64,000 nt of DNA from Fibrobacteria bacterium (GCA_037447435.1 JBBIGR010000003.1:64001-128000); one strand, 5' to 3'; shown: positions 35,454-44,747, counted from the first letter of the stretch. The notes: a model not told the origin generated them from the sequence alone. Numbers and translations: made by a program.

Positions 35454-38198
35454 TTGGACAATCTTGGGTATGTCGAAGACCTATTCTCTCAATGGCAAAA
35501 GGATCATGGAAGCGTCGGCAAAGAGTGGGATAATTTTTTTTCCGAAACGAAGCCGAATTCTTTGCCTCAAAAGGCCGTTGAACGGACCTCCGCATCCGCA
35601 TTGGACGTTTTGCAGCCGTATCAACTCATAGAGCAAAGCCGGGTCGATCGGCTATTATGGGCCTATCGCGATGTCGGGTATTTATATTCGCAACTCAATC
35701 CGCTCGGCGATTTTTCTCCTGATCACAGCTATCTCCCGTACGAGGACCATGGGGATTACGAGCGCTTGACTCTTGATGAATTCGGCATTCCGCCCGAAGA
35801 CCTGGATCTCGTATTCTTTGCCGGACGATCGATGCAACCGTCCACCGCACCGCTCCGAACGATAATCGAAGGCTTCCGGAAAACGTATTGTTCGTCAATA
35901 GGCGTCGAATTTCTTCATATTCAGAAAAAAAATATCCGGCGTTGGCTCATCGATGCCATGGAATCGACATACAATCATCCGGCCGTATCAATGTCGCAAA
36001 AGCAAACGATATTAAGGGATTTGATCCGGACTGAGGAACTTGAACACTTTCTGGATTCTTTCTTTTTAGGACAAAAGCGGTTCTCGCTCGAAGGGTCGGA
36101 ATCGCTTATTCCGGCGCTTCATTTTTTAGTGGATTCGGCAGCCATGCAAGGAATCAAAGATATCGTCATCGGAACGACCCATCGGGGGCGATTGTCTATT
36201 CTGACGACGATACTTAACATGTCGGAAGAAGAACTCTTTTCACGTTTCGACGAAAACTATCATCTCGGCATGTACGGGGGATCGGGCGATGTAAAATATC
36301 ATATCGGGTATAAAACCGTACATGTTAATAATGACGGCAGTTCGATAAATGTCACCTTGGCATCCAATCCAAGCCATCTTGAGTCGGTGGATCCGGTCAT
36401 AGAGGGCCTGGCCAGAGCGATACAAGACAAGTCGCAGGATACGGATCGCAAACAAGTCGTCCCTGTCCTCATTCACGGTGACGCGGCAATTTGCGGACAG
36501 GGCGTTGTTGCGGAAACATTTAATTTATCGCGCTTGTCCGGTTATTCCACGGGCGGCACTATCCACATCGTCATCAATAATCAAATCGGATTTACCACGC
36601 CTTCACGGAGCGGTCGTTCGACTTTTTTTCCTACCGATGTCGCAAAAATGTTACCAATCCCCATTTTCCATGTCAATGGCGATAATCCGGAGTCGATTGT
36701 TTATATAATGGATCTGGCTCTTCGTTTCAGACAAGCTTTTGGTATGGATTGCGTTATCGATATTTTTTGCTACAGACGCCACGGGCACAACGAAGGCGAC
36801 GAGCCGGCATTTACGCATCCCCGCATGTATCAACTGATCGGTCAACATGCGAGTATAGCGACATTGTACGGAGAAAATTGCGACCAGCAAGGGGTTTTGA
36901 GCAAGCAGGAACAGCAGCAATTGCGGCAAACGTATCACGATGAGCTTAAGACGTCTCTTGACAAGGCCCGCCAGGTGAATCATAGCGGCGACCTTTTATC
37001 TCAAAGTCGGGCGCCGGACACGGAAACGCAAAAAAAAACCGTTGTTTCGGTTTCCGAGGAAACGTTGAGGGCCATTGCAGCAGGCGTCACGACGGTTCCC
37101 GAAGGGTTTCATATTCATCCGAAGCTCCTTCAAATACTAAATAATAAGGTGAGGTTGCTTGGAGAGAAAAATCTGGTCGATTGGGCGCTGGCGGAATCTT
37201 TGGCAATCGGATCGTTGCTTTTAAATAATGTACCGGTGCGGATAAGCGGACAAGACAGCGAGCGCGGTACGTTTTCTCAACGGCATTTGACATGGTGGGA
37301 CATCGAAAGTCCTTCTCCTCATCCATTTACGCCGCTTAATGCGCTTAAAAAAGGGCAAGCTGATTTGCGATTGTTCGATAGCCCCTTGTCCGAATTTTCA
37401 GTGCTCGGTTTTGAATACGGTTATTCCCTGGGCGATCCGGATACATTGACAATATGGGAAGCTCAATTCGGGGACTTTGCAAACGGAGCGCAGGTGATAA
37501 TAGACAATTATCTCTGTTGTGCCGAGAGTAAATGGCAACAAAAGAGCGGCCTTGTTTTATTATTGCCGCATGCAAATGAAGGGCAAGGACCGGATCATTC
37601 GAGCGCCCATTTAGAACGTTTTTTGCAATTGTGCGCGCAGGATAATATTCAGGTTTGCAATGTTACAACCCCCGCGCAATATTTTCATTTATTGCGCCGT
37701 CAAGCAATGGCGGAGAATAAAAAGCCCCTTGTGTTAATGTCTCCCAAAAGTTTACTGAGGCATCCGTTGGTTGTTTCATATATATCGGACTTGGCAGCGG
37801 GCGTTTTCACACCCGTTTTGGACGATTCCTGGAAAACCGAATCGGCCTCACGAGTGCTATTATGTTCGGGAAAAGTGTATTACGATCTGAATGAACATAG
37901 GGAGAAAGCGGCAAAATCTAATGTGGCAATAATCAGGATAGAACAATTGTATCCGTTTCCATTTAAAGAAATTAAAGCCGTTTTAGGCCGATACGGTACA
38001 AAAAAAGAGGTTTTCTGGGTTCAGGAAGAACATAAAAACTACGGTGCATGGCATTATGTCAACGACCGGTTTTCCGAGGACTTTCCTGAGATAAAATTGC
38101 GGTATTGCGGCAGGCCCGAATCCGCAAGTGCGGCGAGCGGTAAGCTCAAGGTTCATCGTGAAGAACAAAAGGCATTAGTGGAAAATGCTTTTGCTTGA
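35454..38198 (+). CDS. sucA: 2-oxoglutarate dehydrogenase E1
   Basis: GQKRFSLEG, HRGRL, GDVKYH, NPSHLE, HGDAA...NNQIGFTT, YRRHGHNE, WEAQFGDF; TTG start. Confidence 0.95.
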   Translation: MDNLGYVEDLFSQWQKDHGSVGKEWDNFFSETKPNSLPQKAVERTSASALDVLQPYQLIEQSRVDRLLWAYRDVGYLYSQLNPLGDFSPDHSYLPYEDHGDYERLTLDEFGIPPEDLDLVFFAGRSMQPSTAPLRTIIEGFRKTYCSSIGVEFLHIQKKNIRRWLIDAMESTYNHPAVSMSQKQTILRDLIRTEELEHFLDSFFLGQKRFSLEGSESLIPALHFLVDSAAMQGIKDIVIGTTHRGRLSILTTILNMSEEELFSRFDENYHLGMYGGSGDVKYHIGYKTVHVNNDGSSINVTLASNPSHLESVDPVIEGLARAIQDKSQDTDRKQVVPVLIHGDAAICGQGVVAETFNLSRLSGYSTGGTIHIVINNQIGFTTPSRSGRSTFFPTDVAKMLPIPIFHVNGDNPESIVYIMDLALRFRQAFGMDCVIDIFCYRRHGHNEGDEPAFTHPRMYQLIGQHASIATLYGENCDQQGVLSKQEQQQLRQTYHDELKTSLDKARQVNHSGDLLSQSRAPDTETQKKTVVSVSEETLRAIAAGVTTVPEGFHIHPKLLQILNNKVRLLGEKNLVDWALAESLAIGSLLLNNVPVRISGQDSERGTFSQRHLTWWDIESPSPHPFTPLNALKKGQADLRLFDSPLSEFSVLGFEYGYSLGDPDTLTIWEAQFGDFANGAQVIIDNYLCCAESKWQQKSGLVLLLPHANEGQGPDHSSAHLERFLQLCAQDNIQVCNVTTPAQYFHLLRRQAMAENKKPLVLMSPKSLLRHPLVVSYISDLAAGVFTPVLDDSWKTESASRVLLCSGKVYYDLNEHREKAAKSNVAIIRIEQLYPFPFKEIKAVLGRYGTKKEVFWVQEEHKNYGAWHYVNDRFSEDFPEIKLRYCGRPESASAASGKLKVHREEQKALVENAFA

Positions 38199-38270
38199 AC
38201 CACAAAAGAAGCAAAGGTGTTTTGCGTATCCAGCATAAATAAATCCAATTTTGAGGAAATCAGAGGACGT

Positions 38271-39335
38271 ATGAAAAAAAGTATTCTTGTACCCGAAATC
38301 GGCGAGGCGGTAAGTAAGGGAACTATTGTTGAATGGTTAAAGCAAAATGGAGACGCCATTATTCAGGGTGAACCGTTGTTCGAATTGGAAACCGATAAAG
38401 CTACGGTCATTGTGCCGGCACCCGAAAACGGGGAATTGGAAATACTGGTTTTAAAGGGCACCGAAGTGAATATCGGTCAGGCTGTCGCAAACGTCGATAC
38501 CGCTATTATAAAGGCGGAGGAAAAATCCGTGCCGATTTCGGAAGCAGGCTCGGCAAAAACTTCAAAACCCATCGAGGATCCGGTTGTCCCTAAAACCGCA
38601 CCCGTGATATCTAACGTCAATGCACCTTCCGAAGAGGCTTTGCAAACGCGGGTTCCCATGACGGCATTGCGCAAAAAGACTGCCGAACGGCTCATTCTCG
38701 CACGTAGCCGGGCGGTTCATGTCACGACGTATAATGAGATAGACATGAGCAAAGTTATTGCTATACGTTCGCATTATCAGGATTCATTTGAAAAGGAACA
38801 CGGTATTAAAATCGGGTACATGTCTTTCTTTGTCAAGGCCTGCTGCAAGGCGCTTTCCATGCATAAGGAACTCAATGCGCAAATCGACAACGATGATATC
38901 GTTTATAATAATTATTATGACATCGGCGTCGCAATTTCATTGGATAGAGGTCTTGTCGTTCCGGTAATTCGCAAAGCGGATACTCTCACGTTCGCGGGAA
39001 TCGAGTCTTCGATTGCCGAACTTGCGAAACGCGCAAGAAATAAGCTCCTAACGCCAAACGAATTGCAGGGAGGCACCTTTACAATTACTAACGGCGGCGT
39101 ATTCGGATCGTTACTGTCGACACCAGTTCCCGCGTTTCCCCAGGTTGCGATCGTCGGTATGCATTCCATTAAGAAACGGGCCGTGGTTGTGGACGATCAA
39201 ATCACGATAAGGCCGATGATGTATGTTGCGCTGACCTACGATCACCGGATCGTCGATGGCCGAGAGGCCATCGGTTTTTTAGTAAAAGTAAAGGAGTTTA
39301 TTGAAGAGCCCGATACATTACTTCTCGAGATGTGA
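38271..39335 (+). CDS. sucB: Dihydrolipoamide succinyltransferase E2
   Basis: Lipoyl motif ETDKA; GGTFTITNGGVFGSL; YDHRIVDG; ATG 38271 with GAGGA RBS. Confidence 0.93.
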   Translation: MKKSILVPEIGEAVSKGTIVEWLKQNGDAIIQGEPLFELETDKATVIVPAPENGELEILVLKGTEVNIGQAVANVDTAIIKAEEKSVPISEAGSAKTSKPIEDPVVPKTAPVISNVNAPSEEALQTRVPMTALRKKTAERLILARSRAVHVTTYNEIDMSKVIAIRSHYQDSFEKEHGIKIGYMSFFVKACCKALSMHKELNAQIDNDDIVYNNYYDIGVAISLDRGLVVPVIRKADTLTFAGIESSIAELAKRARNKLLTPNELQGGTFTITNGGVFGSLLSTPVPAFPQVAIVGMHSIKKRAVVVDDQITIRPMMYVALTYDHRIVDGREAIGFLVKVKEFIEEPDTLLLEM

Positions 39336-39360
39336 AAACCCAAAAAAAGGAGATGCTCCT

Positions 39361-40503
39361 ATGTCGGAAACCGTGTATTCAAAAGGTTTGGAAGGCGTTA
39401 TTGCCGGGGAATCGGCAATTTGTCAAATCGACGGGCAAAATGGAAAACTGTATTATCGCGGATATGAAATTAATGAGTTGGTGGCGAAATCAAATTACGA
39501 AGAGATCGTTTATTTGCTTTTGTTCGAAGATATGCCCACTGCTTCGGAGTTTGCGGAATTTACAAAAAACCTGAAGTCCGGAAGGCATATTGTACCGCCG
39601 ATTCAGGAAATGATACGTAATTTCCCGCCCGCAGGAGATCCAATGGAGTTACTGCAATCGGTTATGTCGTATTTGAGCGGCTATGTTGCCCATAAGATTA
39701 AGCATTCGGCGACCTGTAATTGCAGGCAAACGCTTCATCAAATTGCGCAGCTTTCCACGGTTATTGCGACATATCAACGGTTTAAGGAAGGAAAGTCGTA
39801 TGTTGCTCCGCGCGAAGATCTGTCGCACGGTGCCAATTTTCTGTATATGCTCCGCGGTGAGGAACCTCTGCCCTACGAGGCCGACATAATGGACAAATGT
39901 TTGATACTCCATGCGGAGCACGGTTTCAATGCATCGACCTTTACCGCACGGGTCGTTGCCTCAAGTCTTTCGACTTGCTATAGCAGCATTTCGGCCGCCA
40001 TTGGCTCTCTTCGCGGTCCGTTGCACGGCGGAGCGAACCAGGAAGTGTTGGAAATGATCACGGATATCGGAAATGTTTACAATGTAGATACTTGGCTCGA
40101 TAAAGCGCTTTTGGAAAAACGTAAAATTATGGGGATGGGCCATAGGGAATATAAAATCAAAGATCCCCGTTCGTATGTCATGGAAGGATTTTTACAACAA
40201 TTATCCGAAAAAAAAGGTGATTCCCGGTACCTGTCGATTCTTACCAAACTGGAGAAAAGCTTCCGGTCCCGCATGGATGTAAAAGGTAAGCCGCTTTATC
40301 CGAATGTCGATTATTATTCCGGTGCCGTGTATTCCCTGCTCGGTATTCCCACGTATTTATTTTCGCCGATTTTTGCCATGTCCCGTTCGGCGGGATGGCT
40401 TTCTCATATTCTTGAGCAGCGTAAGGATAACCGGATTTTCCGGCCCGAATGTTTATATACCGGACCACAGCCGCGAGAATATGTGGCTATAAACGGAAGG
40501 TAA
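39361..40503 (+). CDS. gltA: Citrate synthase (type I / citrate-methylcitrate family)
   Basis: KGLEGV, HAEHGFNAST, GPLHGGAN, MGMGHR and PNVDYYSG. Confidence 0.88.
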   Translation: MSETVYSKGLEGVIAGESAICQIDGQNGKLYYRGYEINELVAKSNYEEIVYLLLFEDMPTASEFAEFTKNLKSGRHIVPPIQEMIRNFPPAGDPMELLQSVMSYLSGYVAHKIKHSATCNCRQTLHQIAQLSTVIATYQRFKEGKSYVAPREDLSHGANFLYMLRGEEPLPYEADIMDKCLILHAEHGFNASTFTARVVASSLSTCYSSISAAIGSLRGPLHGGANQEVLEMITDIGNVYNVDTWLDKALLEKRKIMGMGHREYKIKDPRSYVMEGFLQQLSEKKGDSRYLSILTKLEKSFRSRMDVKGKPLYPNVDYYSGAVYSLLGIPTYLFSPIFAMSRSAGWLSHILEQRKDNRIFRPECLYTGPQPREYVAINGR

Positions 40504-40509
40504 TACTGT

Positions 40510-41577
40510 ATGTCAAGCGAAACGCCTTCATTAGAAGACATCCGTGAACGAGCAAAAGTAAAGCTCAAGGGGATTTGCGGCGTATATAGGAATTGCGACG
40601 GCCAGGATGTGCGGTTGTGTCAAGGGCACGCATACGGTTCGCCAATCGGCATAGGCGGCATAGGAAGCGGTGCATCATTTGCCAACAACTTCAAGGCTCT
40701 TGAAAAAATCCGGTTGAAAACGAGCCTTATCGGCGGTGAGTTTCAAACCGATACCGAGTTTGATTTTTTCGGGAAAAAGTTAGCTATGCCCATTATGGCT
40801 GCAAGCGTGAGCGGCGTCAACAGTTTCGGCGGAGATGAGGTGATTTCCGAAGCGGAATTTTGCCGGTCGGTTGTTTGTGGAAGCAAGCAGGCCGACACGC
40901 TCGGATGGCGCGGCGATTCCTTTAATTATACTTTGGAAACTCCTTGGGGAATAAACGCCATAGCCGAAGCCGATGGGTGCGGCGTGCAAATTATTAAGCC
41001 GAGAGAGCAGTCGGTCATTTTGGAGTTTTTTAAAAAGGCCGAGTCGGCCAAATGCATTGCCGTCGGGGTGGATGTCGACGGATATGGATCGAACGCGATG
41101 GCGCGTCATAATCAGCCGGTATTCCGAAAATCCGTAAATGACCTTAAGGAATTAGTTGAGTCTACGTATTTACCGGTAATAATAAAAGGAATCATGACGG
41201 TTGAGGACGCGATTGCTGCCGCAAACGCAGGCGCTGCAGCAATCGTCGTTTCCAATCATGGCGGCAGGGTTCTTGACCACACGCCCGGTACGGCAGAAGT
41301 TCTTCCTGCCATTGTCAAGGCGGTTGGCCAAAAAACGATGGTGATTTCCGATGGCGGAATCCGGACCGGTTACGATGCGCTCAAAATGCTTGCTTTAGGC
41401 GCAAAAGCGGTTCTCGTTGGCCGGGACATTGTCCGCGCAGCGGTTGGCGCACAAACGGATGGTGTTTATGTACAAATGAAATACTTAGGGGACGATTTAA
41501 AAAGAGCGATGAAAATGACCGGATGCGCAACTCTTAAAAGCATCACTTCTTCGGTTATATATGCTGATGCTATATGA
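40510..41577 (+). CDS. FMN-dependent alpha-hydroxy acid dehydrogenase family protein
   Basis: IIKGIMT, IVVSNHGGRVLD, DGGIRTG.D.LK.LALGA; Cys-containing N-terminus. Confidence 0.88.
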   Translation: MSSETPSLEDIRERAKVKLKGICGVYRNCDGQDVRLCQGHAYGSPIGIGGIGSGASFANNFKALEKIRLKTSLIGGEFQTDTEFDFFGKKLAMPIMAASVSGVNSFGGDEVISEAEFCRSVVCGSKQADTLGWRGDSFNYTLETPWGINAIAEADGCGVQIIKPREQSVILEFFKKAESAKCIAVGVDVDGYGSNAMARHNQPVFRKSVNDLKELVESTYLPVIIKGIMTVEDAIAAANAGAAAIVVSNHGGRVLDHTPGTAEVLPAIVKAVGQKTMVISDGGIRTGYDALKMLALGAKAVLVGRDIVRAAVGAQTDGVYVQMKYLGDDLKRAMKMTGCATLKSITSSVIYADAI

Positions 41578-42064
41578 TGTCTTGCAGCCAGGTTTTCCAA
41601 ATGCCTGGTGAGGAATCAGGTATATCCACGGCATCAACCGCTCTTTTGTAATAATCGGCTGGCCCGACCCCGCCGATTATTGCGTATCCATAGCCCTTGG
41701 ATTTCATGTCCTGAAGGCTTGCCATGAGCAAGGCCGTACCGACGCCTTTACGCCTGTACTTCCCGTCAACACCCGTCGGACCAAAATAGCCCAGCGCGGT
41801 AGCATCGTAGCAGGAAAACCCGATGCACGAGTTGCCCTTAATTGCAATAAAACAGGTTGCGGGTCTGTTACAAAGGGCGTTATCTGTTTCACTAGCCCAT
41901 GCACGATTGAATTTTTCCTTTACCCACTGAATAATGAGGTTTTTTTCCGGGCCAATCGGCTTACGAACGGTGATACCCAGTTCTTTTAGCGGCTCGATGT
42001 AAGATTTGTCCTCGGAAATGTTGTATAACTTAACCAACATGTCGTGCACGATAAATATTCCCAT
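41570..42064 (-). CDS. GNAT family N-acetyltransferase
   Basis: FGPTGVDGKYRRKGVGTALL...GYGYAIIG...YY. Confidence 0.88.
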   Translation of the reverse strand: MGIFIVHDMLVKLYNISEDKSYIEPLKELGITVRKPIGPEKNLIIQWVKEKFNRAWASETDNALCNRPATCFIAIKGNSCIGFSCYDATALGYFGPTGVDGKYRRKGVGTALLMASLQDMKSKGYGYAIIGGVGPADYYKRAVDAVDIPDSSPGIWKTWLQDII

Positions 42065-42246
42065 CTAGTAATGCTTTAAGTATACATTTTGTTCGGGATG
42101 TAAAAAAATATTTACGTAAAGAAAATAAAGGGGGGCGACAAGACAATATTGTGCAATATGCCAATTTGCAAAATTAAGCTGATTTGCGCTAGCCAATGCT
42201 TTTTTTGCAATCGCCAATTTATTCGAAGGCTAAGGGCGGTATCAAT

Positions 42247-42807
42247 CTAAAATTCCCTTACCGTGGTCGACGAAGCTCGGCAGCGGAAAATTTTTTTTTC
42301 AATAAAACCAAGATGTCCGCTTTGGAGCTGTGCCAAGTAATCGAAAAGAATTTTTGTCAATGGTGCTGTATTATGCTTGGCGAGTTCATTGTATAATTCA
42401 AAATTCCGAAGTTCTTTTTTATACGCAAAGGAATAGGTGTCTTCAACGGATGAAATCAGAGAATCGTCTACCGGGATTTCGTAATGCGGGTGTGAAATGA
42501 TACTTCGTTTCTTAAAGTCTTTGAATATTCCGTTTCCGCCAATTCTGTAATAAAAATATAATTTTTCCGATTCCAATCGTTTCCTATCGGACAATTCGCA
42601 TAAAAATGTGCGTCGTTCATCTTTTATTGGAATCGACGATACGATGCTTTCATACGATTCCGCATCCCTAAGGCTTCTCCGGAACGCAAAATACAGATTT
42701 CGACTCATTGCTTTTTCAAAAGGATCCGATGCCACATAGTAGCCGATTCTGTTTAACGGATTATATGAAAAAACGCTCGTATCATTATCGACGACAGGGT
42801 ATTCCAT
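42247..42807 (-). CDS. Ferritin-like/rubrerythrin-fold protein with degenerate diiron ligands
   Basis: FAYKKELRNFELYNELA...LFDYLAQLQSGH matches the second half of the rubrerythrin fold; ATG 42807 with GGAGG RBS. Confidence 0.6.
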   Translation of the reverse strand: MEYPVVDNDTSVFSYNPLNRIGYYVASDPFEKAMSRNLYFAFRRSLRDAESYESIVSSIPIKDERRTFLCELSDRKRLESEKLYFYYRIGGNGIFKDFKKRSIISHPHYEIPVDDSLISSVEDTYSFAYKKELRNFELYNELAKHNTAPLTKILFDYLAQLQSGHLGFIEKKIFRCRASSTTVREF

Positions 42808-42842
42808 ACAACCTCCTTCGGAAAACCGTCCATTAATTTCGG

Positions 42843-43100
42843 TCAAATACTGATCCGAGTTTTCAGAACATCTTCCTCAATAGGAAAAACTACCGAGTTG
42901 TTAACGCTCCAGGACGTTCGTTGTATTCCCCTGTATTTTTGATAGCGCCTGCGAACTCTGCAATCGATCCTTGCTCTGTTTATTTGTTCTTTTAGGGAAA
43001 ACGGCATGCTTCCGCAATAATTGACAAAGACCCTGGTTGTTGACGGACAAGATGAAGAAATAGCGCATTCATGGCATTGCATTTTTCCTTCACATACCAT
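42843..43100 (-). CDS. Small Cys-rich hypothetical protein
   Basis: MVCEGKMQCHECAISSSCP...YCG...C; GGAGG RBS before ATG 43100; sigma54 motif upstream. Confidence 0.65.
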   Translation of the reverse strand: MVCEGKMQCHECAISSSCPSTTRVFVNYCGSMPFSLKEQINRARIDCRVRRRYQKYRGIQRTSWSVNNSVVFPIEEDVLKTRISI

Positions 43101-43215
43101 AGCAGCCTCCAATCCTTGTAATAATCGATGCTCTTGAGCGGCTAATTCCTTTATTGTTCCTTAAAGGACATATAGGACAATTTGGTTTCAATAAACACCT
43201 TTTTTATAAAAACAA

Positions 43216-43232
43216 AGCAAATTAGGTACCAT
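43216..43232 (-). promoter_or_regulatory. Sigma54-type promoter (leftward)
   Basis: Minus strand ATGGTACCTAATTTGCT. Confidence 0.65.
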
Positions 43233-43454
43233 ATTTTAATAAATACTATCGATTTGATCACGCATCCCCAAAATCCCAGCGAGATCCCTTTGTTGTGATT
43301 ACTCCTTGATGTTTTTGATCAAGGGCAAACCACTGCATTCTTGAGTTTGAAATTCAAATTTCCGCATTTCTAAGAAATGAATTCTTATAATTAGGATTTT
43401 ATTTAAATAAGCATACTGTAGGAATTAAAATTCATTGAAATAGGGACATCTTTC

Positions 43455-43471
43455 CAGGCATGCGAATTGCA
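43455..43471 (+). promoter_or_regulatory. Sigma54-type promoter (rightward)
   Basis: CAGGCATGCGAATTGCA. Confidence 0.7.
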
Positions 43472-43554
43472 TATACGACCCCCAGGGTTTCGATTTATAA
43501 AAGTATTATAGGTCAATTTTAGGAAGGGACTTCAATAGAAAAGGGAGAATAATC

Positions 43555-43860
43555 ATGAAAGAAAAAAAAGACCTTATGCCAGAAATTGAAGAATGTGAAG
43601 CGGAAGATTGTTCATTTAACGCAAATGGAAACTGCCATGCGATCGCAATAAATGTAGGCGGGATTGGGGATGAATGCCCCAGCTGTGATACTTATATTAA
43701 TGTGGTCGATAAAGGTGGAATCCAGAACGTTATTGCCGGAGTGGGTGCATGCAAAGTTCAGGATTGTACTCATAATAAAATGCTCGAATGCACAGCAAAA
43801 TCGGTCAGCATTAAACTTCATGCTCAACACGCGGATTGTGCGACATATAAAAATTTATAA
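43555..43860 (+). CDS. Tandem DUF1540-like Cys-rich protein
   Basis: Two copies of C-x4-C-x2-N-x4-C-x-A-x2-(I/V)...C-x-TY; GGGAG RBS. Confidence 0.8.
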   Translation: MKEKKDLMPEIEECEAEDCSFNANGNCHAIAINVGGIGDECPSCDTYINVVDKGGIQNVIAGVGACKVQDCTHNKMLECTAKSVSIKLHAQHADCATYKNL

Positions 43861-43935
43861 GTTCTTGAATGGGTATAATTTTAATAAGTCCCTTCCTTCT
43901 TAACTTATTTGATTATTAATTAAATGTATGCCGAT

Positions 43936-44214
43936 TTACGGTACAATGTTTTTATTTCGGGGTACGAGGCGGATTTGATTCAAGGTCGCGTTAAGCTTTT
44001 TTTTAAAACTAGGGGTTCTATTTAATATATGTTCCATTGTGCGGATAAGCGAAGATGCCTGATCGTAACTAAGATCCTTACTAGACCAGATTGGAGTGCC
44101 TTCGAGGCTGGCATACGATTCGAGCAAAACCCTATAATCGCTATCGTCGAGTCGAAGTTCCGATTTTAGAGTATGGATTTTTTTAATTTGAGCAGGGGTA
44201 GCCACGACATTCAC
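43936..44214 (-). CDS. Mu-like GemA/gp16 (DUF1018)-family small protein
   Basis: QIKKIH.LK..L.LDD.DYR.LL...SSKDLS..QA..LI..M matches the N-terminal part of the family; GTG start. Confidence 0.65.
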   Translation of the reverse strand: MNVVATPAQIKKIHTLKSELRLDDSDYRVLLESYASLEGTPIWSSKDLSYDQASSLIRTMEHILNRTPSFKKKLNATLNQIRLVPRNKNIVP

Positions 44215-44240
44215 CCCATTTCCAGTTCTTAATTTCAGAC

Positions 44241-44270
44241 AAAAAGCCCCGATATACCAGGGCTTCTTTT
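44241..44270 (-). terminator. Terminator downstream of the DUF2934 gene
   Basis: Minus strand AAGCCCTGGTATATCGGGGCTTTTT. Confidence 0.6.
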
Positions 44271-44315
44271 AAACTCATTTTAAGGACTACTGTTCTATAC
44301 TTTCCAATTTAGCAA

Positions 44316-44486
44316 TTAAGCAAAAATTTTTTTCTTTGCTGTTTGTTTCTTAGGCTTGTCCTGAGAGGATAGTTCTTTTTCCGCTTGAACCCAATCATTA
44401 AAATCCGACCCATGTTTTTTCCCTCTCTCCAAATAAATCTGATATGCTCGTTCGGCAATTTTGCTCTGATCAATCCCATTACTCAT
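44316..44486 (-). CDS. DUF2934-family small protein (56 aa, not in the ORF track)
   Basis: MSNGIDQSKIAERAYQIYLERGKKHGSDFNDWVQAEKEL...; AAGGAG RBS. Confidence 0.88.
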   Translation of the reverse strand: MSNGIDQSKIAERAYQIYLERGKKHGSDFNDWVQAEKELSSQDKPKKQTAKKKIFA

Positions 44487-44562
44487 ACAAACTCCTTTTC
44501 AAAAAATGAATATAATCCGACATAAATCCCAATTTTCGTGAATATTATTATTTAATAATATT

Positions 44563-44579
44563 AGCAAACCATGTGCCGG
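44563..44579 (-). promoter_or_regulatory. Sigma54-type promoter of the DUF2934 gene
   Basis: Minus strand CCGGCACATGGTTTGCT. Confidence 0.7.
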
Positions 44580-44747
44580 AGTTAAAAAAGTGGTGTTACA
44601 ATGTGATCAATTAATATATCATCCCATTTAATTAAATTAATACTGCCTATAATGCCATTTAAAAAAATAGGGTTATATTTACCTGTATTCTGTATTAAAA
44701 ATGGAAAAACAATCTGCCGACAAGCGCTAATGGCCAAAGGGATAAAA

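Noticed and set aside
39348..39360. AGGAG-ATG-CTCCT hairpin over the gltA RBS
   Set aside because: Only a 5-bp stem with a 3-nt loop; cannot be distinguished from chance.
43321..43345. AGGGCAAACC resembling the start of a c-di-GMP-I riboswitch
   Set aside because: No following GNRA-capped stem or GACGCAAAG-like segment.
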